Assembly: GCA_964016885.1 (NCBI GenBank)
Contig: OZ024743.1
Location: 225,866,001-225,930,000, forward strand
Reading direction: 5' to 3'
Source: Eledone cirrhosa
Lineage: Eukaryota
Length of the DNA stretch: 64,000 nucleotides
Shown here piece after piece: positions 28,701 through 43,230 of this stretch (the stretch's first letter is position 1; the number at the start of each line of letters is the position of its first letter). A program made the translations under genes and the position numbers. The notes below the pieces were generated by a model. The model was not told the origin of the DNA. It did no database searches and saw only the letters and a list, made by a program, of their open reading frames with translations.

Positions 28701-29072
28701 TACCGAGGAGCTCTACCCGTTCGGGACAAGCTCTACAGACACGGGCGCCCGGGTAGGGACCCCTCGAAGAAGATCTGTCCAAGATGCGTTCGTGACGAGG
28801 AAACCGTCGCACACGCATTCGTACACTGCCCGGGCGTTGCTGACCTGTGGGGCTATGTAGAACGACTACTTTCGCGGGTGGGACCAATCCGGTTGACCAC
28901 CGAGAACATTGTCACAATCAAACCGCCTCCCCCTTTCAAAAACGAAGGAGAGGCGGTTTTCCTCTGTGTGATAGCCATGGCGAAAGAAGTTGTATGGTGG
29001 ACAAGGTTGAAAGGGCTGAGGTCAGACACCTATCTCTCCGGCCAACAACTGGTCTTATTTTTCAAGTACTAG
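25758..29072 (+). pseudogene. Tx1/L1-clade ORF2: AP endonuclease, RT and C-terminal zinc finger; several frameshifts and stops
   Basis: APE motifs CVNVR, GDWN, SYLDRFLV, SDHK and GYWKLN. RT motifs NFRPITLLN, LDQSKAFDRVDH, QGCPLS and AYADN. Finger CPRC...ETVAHAFVHC. Confidence 0.93.
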
Positions 29073-29174
29073 GATTAGTAGATTATGTTTAAATTTTATA
29101 TTTACACACACGCATATATATTTATAATATAGAAATATTGAATATAGAAATATTGATATATCTATATATATCTA

Positions 29175-29973
<799 letters not shown>

Positions 29974-30579
29974 TAAAGACACACACACATACACTCATAC
30001 ATATACAGTGACACACATACACAGATATATATACTTATGAAGCTACAGGAATATTCAATATACAAGCATGTGTGTATATTAATGTGTGCCTCAAATCAAA
30101 TATATATTATAGAGTGATATACGCATGTATAAATGAATGCACGTTTACACACACACTTGTGTGCACGCACATACACATACACACATTCTTTCACACGCAC
30201 ACTAACACACTTCCATTGATGTACACAAAAAGACATATTTTTATATACATGCAAAGATCCTTATCTGAAATATAGATTTCCCTCTTAGAACATCTATCCT
30301 TCCTATATAACTATACATAGACACACATAGACAGACACCGACACACACACACACACACATACACACACACACACACACGCACACACACACACGCACACAC
30401 ACATACACACCACACACACACACTGTGTATATGCTATAAGATTGCAGAAGATAAAATTGATGATGACAAATTGAAAGAGGAATGAAGAAAATGAGAAAGA
30501 AAAGAAGACGTATTAGGTGAATATAGAGTTGAGGGGGAGGGGGGAGTAGGAGATGTATGTATGTGGAGAGGCAATATGA

Positions 30580-32895
30580 ACCACCCTATACCACGCTACA
30601 CTACACTACATCAAACCTCACTACATCACATTATACTACGCCACACTGCAATACTCCCACTACACCTCACTACATCACACCCAACTACACCACATTACAC
30701 TATAACAAATCACATTAAATTATACCACACCGCACCACACCACACCGCACTAGATCACATCTCATGACACTATACACCACTACACCACACAATATCACAC
30801 CACACTACATCACACCAAACTACACCACACTACACTATATCAAATCACATCAGATTATACCACACCACACCACATCCCATCTCACGACACTATACCCCAC
30901 TACATCACACAATATGCCACCACACTACACCACACTACACTATATCAAATCACACCAAATTATACCACACCACACCACACCACACCACACCACACCGCAC
31001 TAGATTACAACTCACTACACCACACTACACCACACAATATCACACCACACTACATCATACCAAACTACACCACACTACACTACACTATATCAAATCACAC
31101 CAAATTATACCATACCACACCACACTACACCGCACTAGATTACAACTCACTACACCACACTACACCACACAATATCACACCACACTACATCACACCAAAC
31201 TACACCATACTACACTACACTATATCAAATCACACCAAATTATACCACACCACACCACACCGCACTAGATTACAACTCACTACACCACACAATATCACAC
31301 CACACAATATCACACCACACTACATCATACCAAACTACACCACACTACACTACACTATATCAAATCACACCAAATTAAACCACACCACACCACACTACAC
31401 CGCACTAGATTACAACTCACTACACCACACTACACCACACAATATCACACCACACTACATCACACCAAACTACACCACACTACACTACACTATATCAAAT
31501 CACACCAAATTATACCACACCACACCGCACTAGATTACAACTCACAAAACCACACTACACCACACAATATCACACCACACTACATCACATCAAACTACAC
31601 CACAAGACATCACACTACAGCACATAACACTACATCAAATCATACCAAATTATACCACACCACACTACAATAGATCACAACTTACTACACCACACTACAC
31701 CACACTACATCACCCTAAACTACACCACAAGACATCACCCTACACTACATCAAATCACATCAAATTATACCACACTACAGCACACCACACTCGATCACAG
31801 CTCATCATACTACACTACACCACACCGTTTCACATCACACCACACTATACTACACTACACCACATACACCATATTATACCTCATCATATCACACCACACC
31901 ACATACCATGACATATTAAACCACACCACACTACACTACACCACACTTTACCACACCGTACCACACCACATCACATCACCCCACACCATAACATCACAAG
32001 ACATTACACTACACTACAGTATATCACACTACATTACTCCACACCACATCACACTAGATCACACCTCACTACATCACACCACACTACATTACACAATATC
32101 AAACCACACAGTACTACACTACACCACATAGTACTACACTACACCACACTATACTACACAATACCTCACTATTCAATTCTACACTACACCACAATACAAT
32201 ATTGCAATACTACAATACTATATCATATACTGTCGCATCACACAGCACTTCACTACACTACACTATAGTATATCACACTATACTACAATACACTACAATA
32301 CTATATCATATACTATCGCATCACACAGCACTTCATTACACTACACTATATCACACTACTCCACATTCTACAGTACTATATCATATACTATCGCATCACA
32401 CAACACTACACTATATCGCACTATACTATAATAGACTACATCACTATATCATACAGTATAGCATAACACAACACTACACTACACTATACCATACTATACT
32501 ACAATACACTACACTACTATATCATATACTATCGCATCAACAACACTTCACTACACTACACTATACCACACTATACTACAATACACTACACAACTATATC
32601 ATATACTATCGCATCAACAACACTTCACTACACTACACTATACCACACTATACTACAATACACTACAATACTATATCATATACTATCGCATCAACAACAC
32701 TTCACTACACTATACCACACTATACTACAATACTCTACAATACTATATCATATACTATCGCATCAACAACACTTCACTACACTACACTATACCATACTAT
32801 ACTACAATACACTACAATACTATATCATATACTATCGCATCACACTACACTATATCGCACCACATTACACAACACTATATCACACTACACCCCAT
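30580..32895. repeat. (ACACC/ACTAC)-derived satellite with a higher-order unit of ~110 bp at ~30960-31700
   Basis: Recurring accgcactagattacaactcactacacc...tatatcaaatcacaccaaattatacc. Confidence 0.9.
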
Positions 32896-33141
32896 ACTGC
32901 AATCCAATAAGTGTGCATCCACATGGCTACTCAACTTGCTAGAAATAGCAGCCAAGTCTCCCTCAAACCACATATGTGCCACCTTTAAATAGTAAGACCT
33001 GGGAAAAAGTGTTTGCGTATGTGTATGTGTGCAAGTGTGTATGGGAGTGCATGCATGTGTGTGGGTGTATGTGTGTGTCTGTGTATGTATAAGTATGGCT
33101 GTATGTATGTATGTTTGTATGTATGTATGTATATATGTATG

Positions 33142-35440
33142 TTTTCGTGCTGGACGCGGCACTACTGATATGATCTTCTCAGCTAGACAGCCCCAGGAGA
33201 AGTGCATGGAACAAGGTTTGGATCTGTATCAGGTTTTTGTCGATCTGACAAAAGCTTTCGATACTGTTAACAGAAATGCATTATGGAAGGTTCTCCAGAA
33301 ACTTGGTTGCCCCGATAAGTTCCTTGCTTTAGTTAGGTCTTTCCATGACGACATGAAGGCTTGGGTTAATGTCGGAGGTAACATGTCGGAGCCTATCTCA
33401 GCAAAAAATGGAGTGAAACAGGGGGATATTCCAGCACCGACCCTGTTTGCCATATACTTTGCAATGGTTTTCTGTATTGCATTCAGGAATTGCGAGCATG
33501 GTGTTTACATTCGATATCGAACCTCAGGCAGCATATTTAACATCAGGCACTTTGCTGCAAAGACAAAAGTATTTACATCAATCATAAGAGACATCTTGTA
33601 TGCAGATGATTGCGATCTTGTAGCGCATACAGAGAGCGATATGCAGCACATTTTGAATGCATTTTCTGACGCTTGCACTGCCCTAGGATTGACTGTCAGT
33701 CTCAAGAAAACCGTCGTCATGTACCAACCTGCCCCTGGTAAGCAGTACACTGAACCGAATATCTATGTGTATGGCAAACGACTTGGAGTGGTTGATCAGT
33801 TTGTCTACTTTGGAAGCACTGTCAATCGATACAGCAACCTTGATAGTGAAATCTCACTTAAGATTAGGAAAGCAAGTGATGCTTTCGGAAAGCTAGAAAG
33901 GCGACTCTGGGGTCGGCGAGACATATGCAAGAAGAGTGTACAAGGTGTAAAGGTGTACAAAGCATGTGTGCTTTCTTCTCTTGTTTATGCCTGCGAGACC
34001 TGGGTCACATATCGACACCACCTTAAGCAATTGGAGCATTTCCATCAGATGTGTCTCAGACGGATCCATGCCGTTCACTGGAGAGACCATATCAGTGATG
34101 TCGAGATTTTGGAAAGCTCTATGTGTGACAGTATAGAAGCTCTTGTGCTTAAGCAACAACTCCGTTGGAGTGGTCACCTTGCCAGGATGAAGGATTCTAG
34201 AATACCAAAACAACTCTTTTATGGAGAGTTAGTTAAAGGAAAACGACCGCCACATAAACCAAAAAAGAGGTATAAGGATTCCTTGAAAGCCTCTTTGAAA
34301 GACACTAACATCTCTGCTGATACATGGGAAAATATTGCCGCTGATCGTAATAAATGGAGAAAGACTGTATATGAGGGAAAAGTTGCCTTTGAGGCATCCC
34401 GAATCGCATACGAGAAAGTAAAGGGGGATGTGAGGAAGGGCATTGCTGTTGCACTTCCAGACGGCGAGGGTCCTCCTATGGTGCTGACATGCAGCGTCTG
34501 TGCGAGACTCTGCCTAAGCAAAGCTGGACTCGAAAATCATCTTCGCAGTCATAAAGTAAAACCAGTGGTTGACTACCAGGCTGCTGTTGGAGATGCTACT
34601 CATCATGCTTGCCAAGCATGTGGTAGAGAATGTAAATCAGCAGGAGGGCTCAAACGACATGCAAAAGTACATGAACTCCAACCACAGCCGGCTATTCCCA
34701 GTGAATGTTTTGGTTGCCGACTCTGTGCAAGACATTTTAGATCACAGGTTGAAATCACGAAACGCCCTCCCACCTTATTTTTCCATTTTTCAATATACTA
34801 CTGATTTTTATATCAGTAGATTACTAAAAAATTGATTAACAATATTCCAAAGATGTGTGTATTATCTGATTATGTGTTGTATGTGGTCCCAGATGTGTGT
34901 ATTACCTGATTATGTGTTGTATGTGGTCCTAGATGTGTGTGCTACACGCTTCTGTTTTTTCTTTTCTTTTTTTTAATTTGTAATATTTATACAATAGGGA
35001 ATAAAATAGATCTACATAGTGTTAACTCGTTGCGGTTGAGTCAATAATTTCAGACATGAAATACATTGTTATCGGTGAAGGAAAGATAAGATTCTAACTG
35101 GCTGCGCTCAAAGTGTCTTTGACCCAGTTGACTGTGGGTTTTTCCATTTTTAGGATCTCAATTACCGGTTAACGTCTCAATTACCGGACATGCCTGCACA
35201 CCTGCTCACAGCTGCGGTCAGACTATAGTTATGCTGTCTGCAAGCTCATTCAAATGCATTCACACTGGCTGTCTCAAAGACAAACAAATATGGCTTATCA
35301 AAATAAAGAGCCTTCCAGCTCCCCCCCCCCCCCAGCTCCAAACCCCCCCCCCCTGGAGTTCCGAAACGCCCCCCCTTGAGAACCTTTGTTTTAGATCATT
35401 GGCTGGGCTAAAAAGCCACATTCGATCACAGCGCTGTTAA
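33142..35440 (+). mobile_element. 5'-truncated RTE-clade LINE (RT plus three C2H2 zinc fingers) interrupted by a MITE
   Basis: FVDLTKAFDTVNR, GVKQGD, LYADD and LRWSGHLARM..RIPKQLFYGEL. Fingers CSVC..HLRSH, CQAC..HAKVH and CRLCARHFRS|LAGLKSHIRSQRC*. Confidence 0.92.
34743..35388. mobile_element. Non-autonomous hAT (Charlie-like) DNA transposon
   Basis: 8-bp TSD TTTTAGAT (34735-34742 and 35389-35396). Termini CACAGGTT...AACCTTTG. Removing it restores the RTE reading frame. Confidence 0.8.
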
Positions 35441-35593
35441 TTGCTATCGTGTGTGTCTGTGTGTATAGATATGTTTATGTGTGTGCGTGTGTGTGTATAT
35501 ATATGTATATTATTATTATTGTTGTTGTTGTTGTCGTTATTATTATTGTTGTTATTATTATTATTATTGTTATTATTATTATTATTATTGTTA

Positions 35594-35645
<52 letters not shown>

Positions 35646-35737
35646 GAGGTTATATTTAATTTGCTGGGATTCAACAAGCTTAAACATTTTTATAACTGAT
35701 ATAAAGCACTCAAACATTTTGGTGGAGTAAATATACA

Positions 35738-36829
35738 ATATATTAACAAATGGAAACTATATTTATAAAACCATATTTATTTTATTATACATATTTCAAG
35801 GGCCACCAAGGCAAATTAATATTTTTTTAAATGTTTTAACTTTATACCAAGTAAATTTATGACTTCGTATAAAATGACATAAAGTTCATGTTTTAATTAT
35901 ATTCTTAAGATAGAAAATTTAACTTTATAGCATTTAATCCTTAGAGTCATCTGAGTTCTTAAAAAATCACTTATAACATCCTTTACGCTTCCTCACTGTT
36001 TTTATAATATAACTAAGTGGTTATTCTTTTGTAAACTCTCGAAAATTTTCCATAAATTTAGAATTATTTGGATGTTTAAAATTTTTGACTTACAACTTTT
36101 AATAAAATAAACTATACTAGATTTGCTCTAATGTAAAATAATATATATTTATTTAAATAATTTATAATCCTTAACATACATATTTAAACTAATTATTAAA
36201 TTATTAAATTAAATCTTTAATCTAATTTTTCAACCTATCATTATACATATTATAATCAAAACATAATGAATCCTGCATTATAAATATTATTCTTCCACGC
36301 TATTCTCATTTCTTCTTTTCTTCATTTCTCCTCTCACGTAAATATACTTACGCTGTATTTATCCTTTGAAACTATTCTCTTTCCTCACTTAAATATACTT
36401 ACGCCCTTCTCTTCATAAACGCTATTTTCACTGTCAAAATATATATAATCGTTCTTTCTTTTCCTCTCCTATCTTTTTCATTCCTTCTTGTTTTTTCTTT
36501 CTTTCTCTTTGTCTCTCTCCCTCACATATCATCTTCTTCCAACAGTTTAATTTAAATAAACCGTTATCTTTTCAACCTTTCGGACACGCATTTGCATACT
36601 CAATCATAATTTTCTATCACCCTCAATAAATGTAATATCTCCACTATCCAGGAAGCTCCAACCGTTAAGGTTGTCTTTTTTTCAGGGCATGTCAATATTT
36701 ATTTATAAAACAAATCTGTATTGTATTTTATCTGATGAAAGAGCACCATAATTTGCCTTGGTGGCCCTTGAAATATGTATAATAAAATAAATATGGTTTT
36801 ATAAATATAGTTTCCATTTGTTAATATAT
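35738..36829. mobile_element. AT-rich element bounded by perfect 80-bp inverted repeats
   Basis: 35738-35817 is the exact reverse complement of 36750-36829. The interior shares motifs (catttgcatactc, actatccaggaa, tgtattttatctgatgaaa) with 47400-47870. Confidence 0.8.
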
Positions 36830-37426
36830 ATTTTTTTCTCGTGCAATGGTCATACTCGATAACGAGGGGGCAGCCATCATCATCATATATGTATGTATGT
36901 TTGTTTGTAGGTATCTATGTATGTATATATGTTTGTATGTTTGTTTGTATGTATATATGTATATATGTTTGTTTGTATGTATGTATGTATGTATGTATGT
37001 ATGTATGTGTATATGTGTGTATGGCCACGTGTGTGTGTGTGTATGCGTCTGCGTGCATGTATGTATTTGTGTATGTTATGTGTATGTTATGTGTGTGTTA
37101 TGTGTGTGTATGATATGTATGTGTATGTTATGTGTGTGCGTGTATGTATGTGGGTGTGTGTATACGTATGTATATATGTAGGTATATATGTATGTATATA
37201 TATGTGTGTGTGTGTATATGTGTGTGTATGTGTGTGTGTGTATGTGTGCGTGTGTGTATGTGTGTGTATGCGTGTATGTGTGTCTGTGTGTGTGTGTGTG
37301 TATGTGTGTGTGTATGTGTGAGTGTATGTTTGTATGTGTGTGAGTGTGTGTATACGTGTGTATGTGTGTGTGTGTGTGTGTGTGTATGAGTGTATGTGTG
37401 AATGTATGGCTGTGTGTGTGTGTGTG

Positions 37427-37481
<55 letters not shown>

Positions 37482-37582
37482 AATTATTGGTCTAATCTTA
37501 GATTGATATCGTCAATAATTCTTCTCTTCAATTCAGTTAAGGAAATTCTCGAAAAATTTTTCATCTGATATGAAGAGAGTTA

Positions 37583-39917
37583 TGGTGTGTTGGTAGGTTG
37601 GTGTGGTGGTGTGGCTGTGGGTGGTGTGGCGGTGTGATGGTGTGGCGGTGTGGCTGTGGGTGGTGTGGCGGTGTGGTGGTGGTGTGGCGGTGTGATGGTG
37701 TGGTGGTGTAGTGGTGGTGTGGCGGTGTGATGGTGTGGCGGTGTGGTGGTGTGGTGGCGTGTTGGTGTGGCGGTGTGGTGGTGGTGTGGCGGTGTGATGG
37801 TGTGGTGGTGTGGTGGTGGTGTGGCGGTGTGGTGGTGTGGCGGTGTGGTGGTGTGTTGGTGTGGTGATGTGGCGGTGTGGTGGTGGTATGGTGGTGGTGT
37901 GTTGGTGTGGTGATGTGGCGGTGTGGTGGTGGTGTGGCGGTGTGATGGTGTGGTGGTGTGGTGGTGTGTTGGTGTGGTGATGTGGTGTTGTGGTGGTGTG
38001 GCGGTATGTTGGTAGGTTGGTGTGGCGGTGTGGTGGTGTGTTGGTGAGGTGGTGTGGCGGTGTGGCGGTGTGGTGGTGTGTTGGTGTGGCGGTGTGATGG
38101 TGTGGTGGTGTGGCGGTGTGGCGGTGTGGTGGTGTGTTGGTGTGGCGGTGTGGTGGTGTGGCGGTGTGATGGTGTGGTGGTGTGGCGGTGTGGCGGTGTG
38201 GTGGTGTGTTGGTGTGGCGGTGTGGTGGTGGTGTGGTGGTGTGGTGGTGTGGTGGTGTGGTGGTGTGATGGTGTGGTGGTGTGGTGGTGTGGCGGTGTGG
38301 TGGTGTGTTGGTGTGGTGATGTGGCGGTGTGGTGGTGGTGTGGCGGTGTGATGGTGTGGTGGTGTGTTGGTGTGGTGGTGTGGCGGTGTGGTGGTGTGGT
38401 GGTGTGGCGGTGTGGTGGTGTGATGGTGTGGTGGTGTGGTGGTGTGTTGGTGTGATGGTGTGGTGGTGTGTTGGTGTGGTGGTGTGGCGGTGTGGTGGTG
38501 TGGTGTGTTGGTAGGTTGGTGTGGCGGTGTAGTGGTGTGGTGGTGGTGTGGCGGTGTGGTGGTGTGTTGGTGTGGTGATGTGGCGGTGTGGTGGTGTGGT
38601 GGTGTGGTGGTGTAGTTGTGTGGTGGTGTTGTGGTGTGGTGGTGGTGTGGCGGTGTGGTGGTGTGTTGGTGTGGTGATGTGGCGGTGTGGTGATGTGGCG
38701 GTGTGGTGGTGTGGTGGTGTGGTGGTGTAGTTGTGTGGTGGTGTTGTGGTGTGGTGGTGGTGTGTTGGTGTGGTGGTGTGGTGGTGTGGTGGTGTGGTGG
38801 TGGTGTGGCGGTGTGGAGGTGTGTTAGTAGGTTGGTGTGGTGGTGTAGTGGTGTGGCGGTGTGGTGGTGTGTTGGTGTGGTGATGTGGCGGTGTGGTGGT
38901 GTGGTGGTGTGATGGTGTGGCGGTGTGGTGGTGTGTTGGTGTGGTGATTTGGCGGTGTGGTGGTGGTGTGGCGGTGTGGCGGTGTGTTAGTAGGTTGGTG
39001 TGGTGGTGTAGTGGTGTGGCGGTGTGGTAGTGTGTTGGTGTGGTGATGTGGCGGTGTGGTGGTGTGGTGGTGTGGTGGTGTGGTGGTGTAGTGGTGTGGT
39101 GGTGTGGTGGTGTGGTAGTGTGTTGGTGGTGTGGCGGTGTGGCGGTGTGTTAGTAGGTTGGTGTGGTGGTGTGGTGGTGTGTTGGTAGGTTGGCGTGGTG
39201 GTGTGGTGGTGTGGCAGTGTGGCGGTGTGGTGGTGTGGTGGTGTGGTGGTGTGGTGGTGTGGTGGTGTGGCGGTGTGGTGGTGTGTTGGTGTGGTGATGT
39301 GGCGGTGTGGTGGTGTGGCGGTGTGATGGTATGGTGGTGTGGTGGTGTGGCAGTGTGGTGGCGTGGTGGTGTGGTGGTGTGGTGATGTGGCGGTGTTGTG
39401 GTGGTGTGGCAGTGTGATGGTGTGGTGGTGTGGTGGTGTGGTGGTGTGGCGGTGTGGTGGTGTGGTGTGTTGGTAGGTTGGTGTGGCGGTGTAGTGGTGC
39501 GGTGGTGTGGTGGTGGTGTGGCGGTGTGGTGGTGTGGTGGTGTGGTGGTGTGGTGGTGGTGTGGCGGCGTGTTGATAGGTTGGTAGGTTGGTGTGGCGGT
39601 GTGGTGGTGTGGTGGTGTGTTGGTAAGTTGTGTGGTGGTGTGGCGGTGTGTTGGTGTGGCGGTGTGGTGGTGTGGCGGTGTGTTGGTGTGGTGGTGTGGT
39701 GGTGTGGTGGTGGTGGTGTGGTGGCGGTGTGGTGGTGTGGTGGTGTGGTGGTGGTGTGGCGGTGTGGCGGTGTGTTAGTAGGTTGGTGTGGTGGTGTGGT
39801 GGTGTGTTAGTGTGACGGTGTGGTGGTGTGATGGTGTGGCGGTGTGTTGGTAGGTTGGTAGGTTGGTGTGGCGGTGTGGTGGTGTAGCGGTGCGGTGGTG
39901 TGTTGGTGTGTTGGCGG
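37583..39917. repeat. G-rich (GGTGT/GGT/GGC) compound satellite
   Basis: Seen directly. Confidence 0.95.
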
Positions 39918-40002
39918 TTTCTGTACCCTCTTGCTACTAAACTTCTAGTTTTTATGCTAAATTATATGTCTGATTGCTGTGCTGTCTGTCATTCAACATT
40001 TA

Positions 40003-40166
40003 CAAGCATTGGCAAACATTTTCAATCAGTGGGTAACCTGAAATATGGCACATTATAAGGTGGGACGCTCTACTAAAAATTTCAAGTCAATTTTGCGATT
40101 ACTCGTGCCATTCAGAAAGCCAAACGGGCCACATGTGTCTCGCAAGCCGCAGTTTGCCCGTGACTG
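40003..40166. mobile_element. Possible degenerate hAT MITE
   Basis: Ends caagcattggcaaac...gtttgcccgtgactg, plus gggccacatgtg..gccgcagtttgccc typical of hAT MITE ends. No clean TSD. Confidence 0.4.
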
Positions 40167-40189
40167 GTTTACTCTATCTGGCTTTGTGT

Positions 40190-41125
40190 GGGATTATAAA
40201 TCTGATTGTCGTGTTATCATCTAATGTTTATTCTATTTTTATGTGGAACTCTATGTTTGAGTGTAGTCTTAATATTTGTTCTATCTAGTTTTATGTGGAA
40301 ATATATGTCTGATAGTAGTGCTATAATCTAATGTCCTAATGTTCTATCTAGTTTTATGTGGAATTATGTTTGACTGTAGTGCTATTATCTCATGTTCTAT
40401 CTAGTTTTATGTAGAACTATATGTCTGATAGTAGTGCTATCATCTAATGTCCTAGTGTTCTATCTAGTTTTATGTAGAACTATATGTCTGATAGTAGTGC
40501 TAACATCTAATGTCCTAGTGTTCTATCTAGATTTTTGGTTAATTATGTTTGAATGTAGTGCTATTATCTAATGTCTTAATGTTTTATCTAGTTTAATATG
40601 GAAATATATTTTTGATAGCAGTGCTATATCTAATGTTCTATCTAGTTTTATGTGGAATTACGTCTGATAGCTGTACTATATCTAATGTTCTATTAAGTGT
40701 TATGTGGAATTATGTCTGATAGCAGTACTATATCTCATGTTCTATCTAGGTTTATGTGGAATTATGTCTGACTGCTGTGCTATATCTAATGTTCTATCTA
40801 GGTTTATGTGGAATTATGTCTGACTGCTGTGCTATATCTCATGTTCTATCTAGGTTTATGTGGAATTATGTCTGACTGCTGTGCTATATCTCATGTTCTA
40901 TCTAGGTTTATGTGGAATTATGTCTGCTAACAGTACTATCATCTAATGTTTTATCTAGATTTATGTAGAACTATATGTCTGATAGCTGTACTATCATCTA
41001 ATGTTCTATCTAGTGTTATGTGGAATTATGTCTGATAGCAGTACTATATCTCATGTTCTATCTAAATATATATGTAATTATGTCTGACTACTGCACTATA
41101 TCTAATGTTCTATCTATCTAGTTTT
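40190..41125. repeat. Degenerate ~50-60-bp minisatellite (atgttctatctagttttatgtggaattatgtctga...)
   Basis: About 17 recurring copies. Confidence 0.9.
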
Positions 41126-41137
41126 CAATTTGTGTTC

Positions 41138-42100
41138 TGTATTATATAGTGCTGTAATGTATAGTGCTGTATTATAAAGTGCTGTAATGCATAGTGCTGT
41201 AATGTATTATGCTGTATTATATAGTGCTGTAATGTATAGTGCTGTAATGTATTATGCTGTATTATATAGTGCTGTAATGTATAGTGCTGTAATGTATTAT
41301 GCTGTATTATATAGTGCTGTAATGTATAGTGCTGTAATGTATTATGCTGTATTATATAGTGCTGTAATGTATAGTGCTGTAATGTATTATGCTGTATTAT
41401 ATAGTGCTGTAATGTATAGTGCTGTAATGTATTATGCTGTATTATATAGTGCTGTAATGTATAGTGCTGTAATGTATTATGCTGTATTATATAGTGCTGT
41501 AATGTATAGTGCTGTAATGTATTATGCTGTATTATATAGTGCTGTAATGTATAGTGCTGTATTATAAAGTGCTGTAATGTATAGTGCTGTAATGTATAGT
41601 GCTGTATTATAAAGTGCTGTAATGCATAGTGCTGTAATGTATTATGCTGTATTATATAGTGCTGTAATGTATAGTGCTGTAATGGTAATATATAGAGCTG
41701 TAATGTATTATGCTGTATTATATAGTGCTGTAATGTATAGTGCTGTAATGTATTATGCTGTATTATATAGTGCTGTAATGTATAGTGCTGTAATGTATTA
41801 TGCTGTATTATATAGTGCTGTAATGTATAGTGCTGTAATGGTAATATATAGAGCTGTAATGTATAGTGCTGTATTATATAGTGCTGTAATGTATAGCGCT
41901 GTAATGTATTATGCTGTATTATATAGTGCTGTAATGTATAGTGCTGTAATGGTAATATATAGAGCTGTAATGTATAGTGCTGTATTATATAGTGCTGTAA
42001 TGTATAGCGCTGTAATGTATTATGCTGTATTATATAGTGCTGTAATGTATAGTGCTGTAATGGTAATATATAGAGCTGTAATGTATAGTGCTGTAATGTG
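41138..42100. repeat. 15-bp minisatellite (TATAGTGCTGTAATG) with 45-bp and ~111-bp higher-order periods
   Basis: Seen directly. The marker ggtaatatatagagctg occurs at ~41684, 41840, 41951 and 42062. Confidence 0.95.
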
Positions 42101-42266
42101 CTGGAATCGAACAAACATTAGGCGACGAAAATGTGACATATATTTGTGTCCGGCACACACTAATACATACATACCTACCTATCTATATACATACATATAT
42201 TCATACATACATACATACATATATACTTATATACATACATAGATACATACATAGATAATACATAGA

Positions 42267-42298
<32 letters not shown>

Positions 42299-42355
42299 CA
42301 TACATAAATATATACATATATATATATACATACATACGTACGTGCATATATACTT

Positions 42356-42386
<31 letters not shown>

Positions 42387-42571
42387 CACTAATATATATA
42401 TACACACACAAACACATAGACACAAACACACCCATATTCACACACACACACACACACATATGTACTTATATAAACATTGTCTATAATAAAATTAGATAAA
42501 GAGAGCGAGAGGGAGGGAGGGAGAGAGAGAGAAAGGGAAAGAGAGAGAGAAAGAGATAGATAGATCGATAG

Positions 42572-42606
<35 letters not shown>

Positions 42607-42850
42607 TATGGGCAGCACTCATCAGTGACCATTGTAATAAGGGTGAGAATTTCAGAGAAGACCATAACACAATCAAAATCTAATTTGGTTGGCTTAATTA
42701 TTCATTTAAAAACAAAGGCAGCCAAAATTGTGAATAATAGACTCGCACTAACACTTTGTTTGGTCACTTTCCAATAATAATAATAACATTGATAATGATG
42801 ATGATGATGAAGAAGATGATGATGATGATGATGATGATAATAATAATACT

Positions 42851-43181
42851 GATTTCTTATATAGGCACAAGGCCAGTAATTTGGGGGAGGGGGAAGTCGA
42901 TTAAATCGACCCAAGTACATTACTGGTGCTTTATTTTATCGACTCCGTAAGGATAAAAGACAAAGTTAACCTCGGCGGGATTTGAACTCAGACTGTAAAG
43001 GGACGTAACTCTACGCTGGAAAGCATGGCGTCCGACCCTCTACCAATACTGCCAATTCACCGCCCTATAATAATAATAATAATTGTTTCTACTTAAGGCA
43101 CAAGGCCAGCAATTACCCAGTACATTACTGGTACTTTATTTTATCGACCCCGTAAGGATGAATGGCAAAGTTAACCTCGGC
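42851..43181 (-). mobile_element. Full-length SINE (42851-43065) plus a truncated copy (43084-43181)
   Basis: Same family as 2701-2915. A and B boxes are present on the minus strand. Confidence 0.88.
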
Positions 43182-43230
43182 AATAATAATAATAATAATA
43201 ATAATAATAGTAATAATAATAATAATAATT

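Noticed and set aside
33029-33141. N-terminus of the 591-aa ORF as a true start
   Set aside because: It is translated microsatellite fused to a 5'-truncated RTE RT. The APE domain and early RT motifs are missing.
37583-39917. Telomere-like G-rich tract and Cys/Trp-rich ORFs
   Set aside because: It is not TTAGGG, it is internal and irregular, and the ORFs are repeat artefacts.
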